Assembly: GCA_963775425.1 (NCBI GenBank)
Contig: CAVZJB010000006.1
Location: 32,001-96,000 of the forward strand
Length of the DNA stretch: 64,000 nucleotides
Reading direction: 5' to 3'
Source: an uncultured delta proteobacterium
GTDB taxonomy: Bacteria; Myxococcota; UBA727; VGSZ01
Within the stretch, counting starts at the first letter, position 1. Every line of letters starts with the position of its first letter. Of this stretch, positions 1 to 8,743 are shown piece after piece. The position numbers and the translations under genes are program-made. The notes under the pieces are model-generated. The model made no database searches. It worked only from the letters and a program-made list of their open reading frames with translations, and had not been told where the DNA came from.

Positions 1-1199
1 TCGCGCAGCAGGGCCTCGTGCTCGTCCATCGCGGCGTTGGCGGCGGCGCGCGCCTGGGCCGCTTCGGAGCGCATGCGATCGAGCTCGGCGGACAGGCGCG
101 TCTTGGCCTCCTCGGCCGCGGCGGCGGCCTTCTGTGAGCGGGCGAGGTCGGAGCGCGTCCGCTCGAGGTCGGCCTGGGCGGCGCCGTGGGCACGGCGGAG
201 CTGGTCGACCTCCGCGTAGAGCTCCTCGAGCTGCTTGCGCGTCTCGCCCGTGCCGGCGCCCGCCGCGCCCGTCGCCTGCTCCGCGGCCTGCTGATCGACG
301 CGCGCCTGTTGGAGGGCGCGCACGGCCTCGTCGCGCGCCTCGAGCGCCGCCTTGAGGTCGGCGATCGCGCTGTCGACCTCGGCGCGCGCGGCCCGCGCTT
401 CGGCCCGCGCGGCGTTCGTCTGTCCGACGGCGCCGTCGCGCTCGAGCTCGCGCGCGACGAGCCGCTCCCGCAGCGCGCGGATCTCGCCATCGAGGGTGGC
501 GCGCGCCTCGCGCTCGTGGGCGAGCTCGCGCTCGACGTCGAGGGCGTGTCCCCCGGGGGCGTCGACGAGCGTACGCGGACCGCCGAGCGGTGCTTCGGCG
601 AACGCGACGGGGGCCACCGGTGCCGTGGGCGGCTCCGAGATCACGATGTCGGAGACGTCGAGGATGAGCGTCTGCTGCGGCGCCGCAGGGAACGCGGGCA
701 TGGCCGTGACGACGGCCTCGGCCGAGTGCCTGGCGCTCTTGCGCTTGCCGGCGTGCGGCGTGCGCGCCCTCGGCGGCGCGGGGGCCGCCGAGGCGGGAGG
801 CCGGACGTCGGGCGCCGCGCGGGCGCGGCGGGAGATGTACTCGGCGACGCTCGCGCTGCTCGTCTGCGGCGGGACGAGGACGAGGCGCCCGATCTGGGCG
901 TAGCCGTTGAGCTCGTCGTTGTCGATCCCGACGTCGTAGAGCAGCACGAAGGGATCGGGGAAGTGGCGCAGGAGCCCGAGGACGAAGTCCGCGCCGCGGC
1001 CCTCGGGGAGCGCGGACGGCGAGACGACGACGTCGAAGCGGGCGGAGCGAACGAGCGCGACCGCCGCCTGCGCGTCGGCGGCGGCGGTGCAGGCGAGGCC
1101 CGCGGCCTGAAAGTCGGAGCCGACGCGCGCACCGACGTCACCGACGAGCAGCACGCGGGCCGCCGGCGAAGCCAGTGGCGGTCCACCGACGTGGGGCAT
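1..1199 (-). CDS. Pseudo-receiver domain + Pro/Ala linker + long coiled-coil protein (FrzS/AglZ-like architecture); runs off the window edge
   Basis: Not in the ORF track; translated by hand from ATG 1199: MPHVGGPPLASPAARVLLVGDVGARV...ALVRSARFDVVVSAV (receiver-like fold without the acceptor Asp), then heptad-rich ERELAHEREARATLDGEIRALRERL...; the frame is open to position 1. Confidence 0.7.
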   Translation of the reverse strand, partial: MPHVGGPPLASPAARVLLVGDVGARVGSDFQAAGLACTAAADAQAAVALVRSARFDVVVSPSALPEGRGADFVLGLLRHFPDPFVLLYDVGIDNDELNGYAQIGRLVLVPPQTSSASVAEYISRRARAAPDVRPPASAAPAPPRARTPHAGKRKSARHSAEAVVTAMPAFPAAPQQTLILDVSDIVISEPPTAPVAPVAFAEAPLGGPRTLVDAPGGHALDVERELAHEREARATLDGEIRALRERLVARELERDGAVGQTNAARAEARAARAEVDSAIADLKAALEARDEAVRALQQARVDQQAAEQATGAAGAGTGETRKQLEELYAEVDQLRRAHGAAQADLERTRSDLARSQKAAAAAEEAKTRLSAELDRMRSEAAQARAAANAAMDEHEALLR

Positions 1200-1259
1200 A
1201 CGGGCCAACGTTACTGCACCCGCGGCCTTTCAGGGCGGGCCGTCTCCCGGCGGGGCGCG

Positions 1260-1469
1260 TCAGGCGTGCAACGTGCGACAGGTGCTCACGCCGAAGAGCC
1301 GATACAGCGGGCAAAAGCCGGCGATGCCGGTGGCGAGCCCGATGGCGGCGACGACGAACAGCACGACTTGCGCGGCGACGCCGATGGGGGCGAGCACGGC
1401 GACGAGAAGCGCGATGACACCGATGGTGGCGCGCAGCCACCAATCGACGACAGCTTCATTCTTCTGCAT
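1260..1469 (-). CDS. DUF2892/YgaP-family small membrane protein
   Basis: MQKNEAVVDWWLR...LATGIAGFCPLYRLFGVSTC is the typical DUF2892 signature; GGAGG RBS upstream of ATG 1469. Confidence 0.9.
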   Translation of the reverse strand: MQKNEAVVDWWLRATIGVIALLVAVLAPIGVAAQVVLFVVAAIGLATGIAGFCPLYRLFGVSTCRTLHA

Positions 1470-1716
1470 GACTCCTCCGCTGGCGCCTCGGTGGCGCCTT
1501 CCTCCAGGTCTGCGTGCCTCCGATGAGCACCCGCCGTGCCACGTCGACGCGGCCGGAGGCCGCGCCCGGCCGGGGGCCGGCCGCGTCGCCGTGGACGTCG
1601 GGGCGCTCGTGCGCACAGGAGGCGCGCCCACCGTGGGCAAGGGCGCCCGGCCGGCGTGCGCCGGCGCGGCGTGCGCCGTGGCGACGGCGCGCACCGGATT
1701 CTGCTAGCTGGGCCGC

Positions 1717-2577
1717 ATGGCCTCCGACTCGCGCGCCCTGCGCCGCATCGGCCGCTCCGGCGGCGACGCCGCCGCGCACGGCTTCGAGGAAAACGGCGTG
1801 TGCATCGGCCAAGGCGCGTTGCACGTGCTCGCGGGCCTCTGCGTGGTCGACAACCGTAATAACCTCGAGGCCGTGCTCGGCGCTCTCGAGCGCGCCGGCG
1901 TACAGACCACCCGCGCCGGCGTGTGGAAGCCCCGAACGAGCCCGTACGACTTCCAGGGCCACGGCGCCGAGATCCTGCCGTGGCTCTTCGAGGCCTGCGG
2001 CGCGCACGGCATCAAGCTCGTCGCCGTCGAGGTGCTCGCGCCCGAGCACATCGAGCAGATCGCGCGCGCGCTCGACGCGGCGGGCCGGCCCACGTCGGTG
2101 ATGATCCAGACGGGCACGCGCAACGCGCAGAACTTCGAGCTGTTGAAGGCCGCGGGGGCGCAGCGCGAGTTCCCCGTGCTCTACAAGCGGGGCAGGGGCA
2201 TCTCCCTCGAGGAGTCGCTGCACGCGGCCGAGTACGTCGCCGCCGGCGGCAACGCGCGCGTGGTCTTCTGCCTCCGGGGTGTCCAGACGCACCTCGGCGA
2301 GCCGCACCGGAACCTCGCGGACTTCGCGCTGGTGCCGGCGGTGAAGCGGTCGACGACGCTGCCGGTGTGCGTCGACCCCTCACACGCCGTCGGCCGCCGC
2401 GACGATGTGCCGGCGGCCGCGCTGCAGGGCGTGGTCGCGGGCGCGGACATGCTGCTCGTCGACGTGCACCCGGACCCGGCGCACGCGCTGTGTGACGGTC
2501 CCCAAGCGCTCTCGCTCGACGCGCTGCCGAAGTTCCTCGACGACGTCGCGCGCGTCCGCGCCGCCGTCGCCCGCTGA
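1717..2577 (+). CDS. aroF: 3-deoxy-7-phosphoheptulonate (DAHP) synthase, type I-beta, without N-terminal regulatory domain
   Basis: Motifs KPRTSPYDFQG, GTRNAQNFELLK, PVLYKRG, DPSHAVG, VHPDPAHALCDGPQAL. Confidence 0.9.
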   Translation: MASDSRALRRIGRSGGDAAAHGFEENGVCIGQGALHVLAGLCVVDNRNNLEAVLGALERAGVQTTRAGVWKPRTSPYDFQGHGAEILPWLFEACGAHGIKLVAVEVLAPEHIEQIARALDAAGRPTSVMIQTGTRNAQNFELLKAAGAQREFPVLYKRGRGISLEESLHAAEYVAAGGNARVVFCLRGVQTHLGEPHRNLADFALVPAVKRSTTLPVCVDPSHAVGRRDDVPAAALQGVVAGADMLLVDVHPDPAHALCDGPQALSLDALPKFLDDVARVRAAVAR

Positions 2578-2583
2578 GGGCGC

Positions 2584-3270
2584 TCAGCGGCGCAGGAGCG
2601 GCACGGGGACGGGAGCGCCCGACATCGAGCCCGTCGACGGCAACGACAACGACAACGGCGCGCGCGCGCGGTCGGCGAGCGCCGGCAACGCGGGCACGAG
2701 GACGTCGAGGACGGCGGCGAGGTGCTCTGCGTGGGTGCGGGCCTCGTCGAGGGTGAGCTCGTCGAGATCCGCGTCGCAGCGAATGACGTCGTCGCGCACG
2801 CTCAAGCTGCGGACGCGCGCGTCGTGGAAGAACGCGACGAGCGCGGTGCGCAGCTCGAGCTGCAGGAGCAGCTCGTGCACGGGCCCGGGCGCGCCGTGGA
2901 ACACGAGCCCTTCGAGCCCGTGGTCGACGACGTCGACCTCCGGCAAGCCGTCTGTGCCGTCGGCGTTCACGGCGCCGGTGCGGGTGACGGCCATGGGCGT
3001 GCGGCACGGGACGCGCTCGACCTGCAGGTGCCACGACTTCCGCTGCTCGTGGTGGATCTCGGGGACGATGACGATGGCCGGCGCAGATCGCGAGCGGGCG
3101 GCGAGCTGCTGTTGCGGGCCGCGCTTCACGAGGAGCGGCTCGAAGTCGTCGGAGCGCGCGACCTCCCGCCGGAACCGCGCGGCGTCGCTGCGGCGGCGGC
3201 GGCTCGCGCGGAACGTCGCGACACCCGCGGCGAGCACGATGAGGCCGAAGCCGAGCGCCAGGAAGAGCAC
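2584..3270 (-). CDS. Hypothetical protein with N-terminal membrane anchor
   Basis: Hydrophobic LFLALGFGLIVLAAGV followed by a globular region; start (GTG 3270) estimated. Confidence 0.55.
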   Translation of the reverse strand: MLFLALGFGLIVLAAGVATFRASRRRRSDAARFRREVARSDDFEPLLVKRGPQQQLAARSRSAPAIVIVPEIHHEQRKSWHLQVERVPCRTPMAVTRTGAVNADGTDGLPEVDVVDHGLEGLVFHGAPGPVHELLLQLELRTALVAFFHDARVRSLSVRDDVIRCDADLDELTLDEARTHAEHLAAVLDVLVPALPALADRARAPLSLSLPSTGSMSGAPVPVPLLRR

Positions 3271-3389
3271 GTCGAAACGGTAGCACGCGCCCTCGCGCCT
3301 CGCGGCGACGCGTCGCCCACGAGGGGCTCGAGACGCGACGTTGCTCCGGCCCACGACGGCGCGGAGCCCACGATCGGCGTGGGACGTCG

Positions 3390-4133
3390 TCAGGGCGCCG
3401 CAGCGATGGTGGCGCCGCCCGTGATCTTTCGCGCCGAAAAGACCGTGAGCGGATCGACGGCCACACGCCGCGCCTTCCCGCACGCGTCCCCGCGGTGCGC
3501 GCGTTGCGCGCGGGCGGGGCCGCAGTCGTCGACGACGCGCTCGACGCGGAAGTGCAGGTGCGGCCCCGTCACCGATCCCGAGATGCCGGTGAGGCCGAGC
3601 AGCTCCCCGCGCGCGACGCGCTGCCCCTCGAAGACCTCGGTGTGGGAGAGGTGCGCGAACGTGAGGACGTACGCGCCGTCGAGGGTGTCGCCGATGATGT
3701 AGCGGCCGGCGCGCTTCTGGTACGCGACGGTGCGGATGGCGAGGTCGGTGGGCGCCGCGACCTCGGTGCCCATGGGGGCGGCGATGTCGACGGCGTCGTG
3801 CATGGAGTCGTCGTCGCGCATGCCGAAGCGGGAGGTGATGCGCCCGACCACCGGAGGCAGCCAGCCGGCGACCGACGGATCCACGTCGGCCGCGTCGACG
3901 GACGGCGCGGTGTCGGACGGCGCGCTCTCGGGCTCCACGTCCTCGACGGCGGCGACGACGTCCTCGGCGCCGTCGTCAGCGGGCGCGCCCGGCGTGACGG
4001 CGGGGCGCTCGGGCCACGCGACGCCCGCGCGCGGCGCGACGTGCGCGGCCGCGGGCACCCGCCCGTGGCACCCGGCCGCCGCCGCGCACGCGCCGAACAG
4101 CAGGAGCAGGGGGGCGGTGTGCGAACAGGCCAC
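3390..4133 (-). CDS. M23 family metallopeptidase, probably secreted or a lipoprotein
   Basis: ITSRFGMR, HDAVD (HxxxD), FAHLS, TGPHLHF (HxH); start estimated. Confidence 0.88.
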   Translation of the reverse strand: MACSHTAPLLLLFGACAAAAGCHGRVPAAAHVAPRAGVAWPERPAVTPGAPADDGAEDVVAAVEDVEPESAPSDTAPSVDAADVDPSVAGWLPPVVGRITSRFGMRDDDSMHDAVDIAAPMGTEVAAPTDLAIRTVAYQKRAGRYIIGDTLDGAYVLTFAHLSHTEVFEGQRVARGELLGLTGISGSVTGPHLHFRVERVVDDCGPARAQRAHRGDACGKARRVAVDPLTVFSARKITGGATIAAAP

Positions 4134-4175
4134 GCAGGGAGATCCTAGCTCTGGAGAAGGAACGCGGAGGCAGAC

Positions 4176-4661
4176 ATGGACATGCCGGAGCCGTCGGCGG
4201 AGCACGGGAGGCTTCGTTCGCTCATCGGGCGGTTCACGGGACCCGAGCTCGTGTATCGATTGCCCTACACCAAGGCAGGCGTCGCCACCGGGAGCTGGGC
4301 CATCCGCAGCGCGTGCGACGGGTTCTTCCTGATCCTCGACTACCTGCAGGAGGTCGACGGCCACCCGACCATGCGCGGCCACGGCGTCATCGGCTACGAC
4401 GCGCGCGCGGGGATCTATACGCTGCACTGGTTCGACTCGTTCGGCCGGCCGCCGTCGCTGCCGGGGCGCGGCAGGTGGACCGGGAGCACGCTCGTGTTCG
4501 AGCACGGCGCCGACGGGAGCGAGAGCCGGACGCTGATCGGCGTCGACGCGGGCAACCTGGTGTTCCGCGCGGAGACCGACGCGGGCCACGGCGCGTACGA
4601 GCCGCTCCTCGAGGGCTCGTACGAGCGCCGCGAGGCGGCGCGCGCCGAGGCGCACCCGTAG
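4176..4661 (+). CDS. DUF1579-like protein
   Basis: P-x-x-EH-x-RL-x-x-LIG-x-F, GxGVIGYD, WFDSFG pattern; GGAGG RBS at 4166. Confidence 0.7.
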   Translation: MDMPEPSAEHGRLRSLIGRFTGPELVYRLPYTKAGVATGSWAIRSACDGFFLILDYLQEVDGHPTMRGHGVIGYDARAGIYTLHWFDSFGRPPSLPGRGRWTGSTLVFEHGADGSESRTLIGVDAGNLVFRAETDAGHGAYEPLLEGSYERREAARAEAHP

Positions 4662-4675
4662 GGCGCGATCGCCGG

Positions 4676-5659
4676 TCAGGGGAGCGCGCGCAGGAGCTCG
4701 GCGGCGTCGAGCGCGCCCGGGGCCGCGCCGCGGCGGGCGGCGTCGGCGGCGAGGCGGACGAGCAGCGCGTTCGCGGGCGTGGGCACGTCATGCAGGCGGC
4801 CGAGGAGGACGACCTCGCCGCTCAGCCAGTCCGTCTCGATGCTGTGCGCCCCGCGCGCGAGGCTCTGCCACGTGGAGCCGCCGGCGCGCGGCTCGCCGTC
4901 GATGGGCTGCACGCGCAACAGGCTCCCGCGGCGCGCCTTGTCCTCGGCGTCGGAGACGGCGTCGACGCCGGCGGCGCGCAGCGCGGCCTCTCCCTCCGCG
5001 CGCGCGCGGGCGACGAGCGCGTCGGCGGCGCTCGCTCGCTCGGGCGTGTCGCGCGCGCACAGCGCCTGCACGGCGTTGCCGAGGTTCATGATGAGCTTGC
5101 GCCACTTCCAACGCATGATGTCCGCGCGCGGCTCGGACACGAACGTCGACGCGGACAACGCCGCCGCCAGCGCCCGCGCCGTGTCGTCGACGCCGCGGGG
5201 GGCGCGCCCGACGTCGAGGATGCCCGTGACGGGCGCCGAGCACGCGTCGACCACGCCGGGCTTCAGGTGCGTCGTCGGGCACATGACGACGACGCCGTAG
5301 ACGCGCTCGAACAAGCGGAGCGCCGCGCGCTCGTTGGCGACGCCGTTTTGCAGGCACACCACCGCCGGCGCCGCGCCCGTGTCGCGCAGGGCGGAGAGCG
5401 CGGCCTGCGTGTGCTGGCTCTTCACCGCGAGGAGCACGACGTCGTCGTCGCGCGCGCCGGCCGCGGCGACGTCGGCGACGACGGGGATCTGCAGCGTGAC
5501 CGAGCCCGCCGGCGAGCGCAGGGTGAGCCCGTGGGCGGCGATGGCCTCGCGGTGCGCGCCGCGCGCCACCAACGTCACGTCGTGGCCGGCCTCGAACAAG
5601 CGCGCGCCGGCGACGCCGCCGACCGCACCCGCGCCGAAGACGATGAAGCGCGGAGCCAT
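4676..5659 (-). CDS. Ketopantoate reductase family (PanE/ApbA)
   Basis: GAGAVGG Rossmann motif, LAVKS, LQNGV, KWRKLIMNL, STWQSLARG, ETDWLSGEVV. Confidence 0.88.
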   Translation of the reverse strand: MAPRFIVFGAGAVGGVAGARLFEAGHDVTLVARGAHREAIAAHGLTLRSPAGSVTLQIPVVADVAAAGARDDDVVLLAVKSQHTQAALSALRDTGAAPAVVCLQNGVANERAALRLFERVYGVVVMCPTTHLKPGVVDACSAPVTGILDVGRAPRGVDDTARALAAALSASTFVSEPRADIMRWKWRKLIMNLGNAVQALCARDTPERASAADALVARARAEGEAALRAAGVDAVSDAEDKARRGSLLRVQPIDGEPRAGGSTWQSLARGAHSIETDWLSGEVVLLGRLHDVPTPANALLVRLAADAARRGAAPGALDAAELLRALP

Positions 5660-5716
5660 ACGAGGAGCACCCCACGCCCGCGTGCGGCGCGCGCCGCGAC
5701 CGCGGGCCGCTGAAGA

Positions 5717-6226
5717 TCAGCCCTTCAGGTCGAACTCGCCTCGGCGGTTCTTCGCCCGCGCTGCGTCGTCGTCGCCGGCGACCGCCGGGCGCTCTTCGCC
5801 GTAGGAGATGCTGTTGAGGCGCGTCGGGTCGACGCCGAGCTTCTTCAGGTACTTCACGGCTGCGCGGGCGCGGCGGTCGCCGAGGGCGAGGTTGTACTCC
5901 TCGCTGCCGAGCTCGTCGCAGTGGCCCTCGATGGTGAGCTTGGCGCCCGCGTGCGCGTTCAGGTACGTCGCCATCTGCTGCAGCTCGTTCTGTGCGTCGC
6001 TGGTGAGCTGGTCCGAGTCGAACTCGAAGTAGATGGGCGCGGTGGGCGCGTCGGGGCCGGCGCTCACCGTGGCGCCGGGCGACCTCGCGGGCGCGGCCTT
6101 GGCGACCTTGGCCGCCGCCGGCGCCGGCGCGGTGCCGGCGAGGGGCGCGCGGGCCTTCTGGTCGTGGGCGCACGCCGAGGCCAGCGTGAGGGAAACGGCG
6201 ACGGATGCGAGGGCGAGCGATCTCAT
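5717..6226 (-). CDS. pal: Peptidoglycan-associated lipoprotein (Pal/OmpA C-terminal domain)
   Basis: Lipobox LASAC; IYFEFDS, IEGHCDELGSEEYNLALGDRRA, SYGEERP, KNRR; RBS GGAGG. Confidence 0.88.
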   Translation of the reverse strand: MRSLALASVAVSLTLASACAHDQKARAPLAGTAPAPAAAKVAKAAPARSPGATVSAGPDAPTAPIYFEFDSDQLTSDAQNELQQMATYLNAHAGAKLTIEGHCDELGSEEYNLALGDRRARAAVKYLKKLGVDPTRLNSISYGEERPAVAGDDDAARAKNRRGEFDLKG

Positions 6227-6346
6227 GGGGCCTCCTGACTCTCGACGGTACGCCGAACGCAAAGAATTGCGACCGGAACGCGGTTCGACCCGGACAAACG
6301 TCGGCGCGCGCCGAAAGATTCGCAAAGGATGTGTAAGCTGCGATCG

Positions 6347-7042
6347 ATGCGCACCGCTCCTTCGTCCCTCGCCTGCGCCCTCGTCGCCGTCGCTGTCGTC
6401 GTCGTCGGCTGCAAAGATCACAAGACCCCCGCGGGCGACACCGCCGCGGCGGCGCCCGCGGCCGACGACAAGCTGCCGCCGGAGCCGGTCGTCACCGATG
6501 AAGCGACCGACCTGTTGTTCTCTTACGTGGATGCGACCGGACATGTGGTGGCCGCCTCCAAGATCGGAGACATCCCCGACGCGGTGAAGTCGCGCGTCCT
6601 CGTGGTCGATCTGGACAAGACGCCCGCGGAGCGACAGGCGCACCGCTACGCGTTCTTCGCCGATCTCACGGCCAAGGGCCCCGACGGCAAATACCCCGTG
6701 AGCATCGTCAGCCGCTACGACGCCGCCAAGGGCCAGGTCCAGGCGCCGATGGCGCCGGCGCCGCCGGGGAGCGTCATCGTCTACTCCGCCTCGTGGTGCG
6801 GCTTCTGCAAAAAGGCGAAGGCGTGGCTGCACGAAAACAACGTCCCCTTCATCGATCGCGACGTCGAGCGGACCGCGGGCGCGCAGCAGGAGCTCGACGA
6901 CAAGCTCAAGGCCGCCGGCGTCCCCGGCGGGGGCATCCCGGTCATCGACTGGGCCGGCAACCTCGTCATGGGCTTCGATCGGGCCGCCCTCGAGAAGCTC
7001 AAGAGCGCGCACCCCGTGGCCCCGGCGCCATCGGCCCCGTGA
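6347..7042 (+). CDS. Lipoprotein with C-terminal glutaredoxin (NrdH-like) domain
   Basis: Lipobox VVVGC; VIVYSASWCGFCKKAK, DVE, GIPVID. Confidence 0.82.
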   Translation: MRTAPSSLACALVAVAVVVVGCKDHKTPAGDTAAAAPAADDKLPPEPVVTDEATDLLFSYVDATGHVVAASKIGDIPDAVKSRVLVVDLDKTPAERQAHRYAFFADLTAKGPDGKYPVSIVSRYDAAKGQVQAPMAPAPPGSVIVYSASWCGFCKKAKAWLHENNVPFIDRDVERTAGAQQELDDKLKAAGVPGGGIPVIDWAGNLVMGFDRAALEKLKSAHPVAPAPSAP

Positions 7043-7091
7043 CCGGTCCCCCCGCGTTGACCCAGCGTGCCGTGAGGGACATGGTTCGCCC

Positions 7092-7664
7092 ATGACGCTG
7101 CCGCTCTTCCTCGCCGCCCACGTCATCTACGGCGTCGTCATGGCCCACGTCCTCATCCGCCGGATGCGCGCCGAGGGCGAGGTCATCGGCGTCCCGCTCG
7201 TGGTCACCGTGACCCCCATCGGCCTCGTCACGGCGCCGCTCGGCGCGGTGCTCCTGCGCTACGCCGGCGGGTGGTTCCTGCACGGTTGGTTCATCGGCGA
7301 CGGCAACATCGCCTACGAGCGCTTCCAGCTCGGGCTCATGCTGCTCGTGATGTTCCTCGCGGGCGCGTGCACCGTCGGCGGCATGTTCGCCGGGGTCGCG
7401 GCGCTGTCGCGCGGCAACCCCAAGCTCGCCGCGGCGCCCGCCGTGCTCGCGGGCGCCGCCGCCGTCGCCATCGCCGTCTTCGACGCCCCCGAGGTATTCC
7501 ACGTGCGCGGCGCCGACGAGCGCCTCTTGTTCCTCCACCCGGCCGGCCTCGTGTCGCTCGCCGTGATCGCCGCGCTCGTCGCCGTCGTCTTGTATACGCG
7601 CGCGCGCGTGGCCAACGTGATGCCGCGCCCGCTCGGGCCCACGTCGCCCATCGCCCTGCGGTGA
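7092..7664 (+). CDS. Hypothetical integral membrane protein, coupled to tsaD
   Basis: About five hydrophobic segments; the stop overlaps the tsaD start (GTGA). Confidence 0.7.
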   Translation: MTLPLFLAAHVIYGVVMAHVLIRRMRAEGEVIGVPLVVTVTPIGLVTAPLGAVLLRYAGGWFLHGWFIGDGNIAYERFQLGLMLLVMFLAGACTVGGMFAGVAALSRGNPKLAAAPAVLAGAAAVAIAVFDAPEVFHVRGADERLLFLHPAGLVSLAVIAALVAVVLYTRARVANVMPRPLGPTSPIALR

Positions 7665-8713
7665 CGGAGCTGTCCGGGCCGCTCTTGGCCCTCGAGTCGA
7701 GCTGCGACGAGACCGCCGCCGCCGTCGTCGACGCCGGCGGCCGCGTCCTCGCCAACGTCGTCCACACGCAGGTGGCGGTGCACGCGCCCTACGGCGGCGT
7801 CGTTCCCGAGATCGCGTCGCGCGAGCACCTCGCGCGCGTGGTGCCGGTGGTGCGGCGCGCCCTCGACGACGCCGGCGTGGCGCCGCGCGAGCTTCGCGCC
7901 GTGGCGGCGACGTACGGGCCGGGGCTCATCGGCGCGCTGCTCGTGGGGCTCCAGACCGCCAAGGGGCTCGCGCGCTCGCTCGAGGTGCCCTTCGTCGGCG
8001 TGCATCACATCGAGGGGCACCTGATGGCGGCGAGCGTCGATCCCGCCGCGCCGGCGCCGCCCTTCATCGGCCTCGTGGCGTCGGGGGGCCACTCGGCGCT
8101 CTACGTGTTCGAAGGGGTGGGCAGGAGCACGCTGCTCGGGCAGACGCGCGACGACGCCGCGGGCGAGGCGTTCGACAAGACGGCCAAGCTCCTCGGGCTC
8201 GGCTATCCCGGCGGCGTCGTCGTCGACCAGCTCGCCGCGTCGGGGGACCCCGCGCGCTTCCCGATGCCGGTGTCGTTGAAGGACCGGCGCACCTACGACT
8301 TTTCGTTCTCGGGCTTGAAGACCGCCGTGCGCGTGCTCGTCGACAAGGAGCGCGCCGCGGGCCGCGAGCTCGAGGGGCAGGCGCTCGCGGATCTGTGCGC
8401 GTCGGTGCGCAAGGCCATCGTCGACGCGCTGGTGCAAAAGGCCATGCTCGCCTGCAGGAGGAAGCAGGTGCACAAGCTCGTGCTCGGCGGCGGCGTCAGC
8501 GCCAACGCGCTGTTGCGCGCGGAGGTCGCGCGCGCCGGCGGCGAAAACGACGTCGAGGTCTACGTGCCGCCGAAGGCCTTGTGCACCGACAACGCCGTGA
8601 TGATCGCCGCGGCCGCGCGCGCGTGGCTGCTGCAGGGGCGGCACAGCGCGCTGTCCTTGATGGCCGACCCGAACGCCCTCGTCGAGGACAGCGCGCGCGC
8701 CCTCGAGCCTTGA
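7661..8713 (+). CDS. tsaD: tRNA N6-threonylcarbamoyladenosine transferase TsaD
   Basis: LALESSCDETAAA, GGVVPEIASREH, HHIEGH, SGGHS, TRDDAAGEAFDK, DFSFSGLKT, GGVSAN, CTDNAVMIA. Confidence 0.97.
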   Translation: MTELSGPLLALESSCDETAAAVVDAGGRVLANVVHTQVAVHAPYGGVVPEIASREHLARVVPVVRRALDDAGVAPRELRAVAATYGPGLIGALLVGLQTAKGLARSLEVPFVGVHHIEGHLMAASVDPAAPAPPFIGLVASGGHSALYVFEGVGRSTLLGQTRDDAAGEAFDKTAKLLGLGYPGGVVVDQLAASGDPARFPMPVSLKDRRTYDFSFSGLKTAVRVLVDKERAAGRELEGQALADLCASVRKAIVDALVQKAMLACRRKQVHKLVLGGGVSANALLRAEVARAGGENDVEVYVPPKALCTDNAVMIAAAARAWLLQGRHSALSLMADPNALVEDSARALEP

Positions 8714-8743
8714 CCGGCGCGCGCCGATGAAGCCGGCGCGGGA

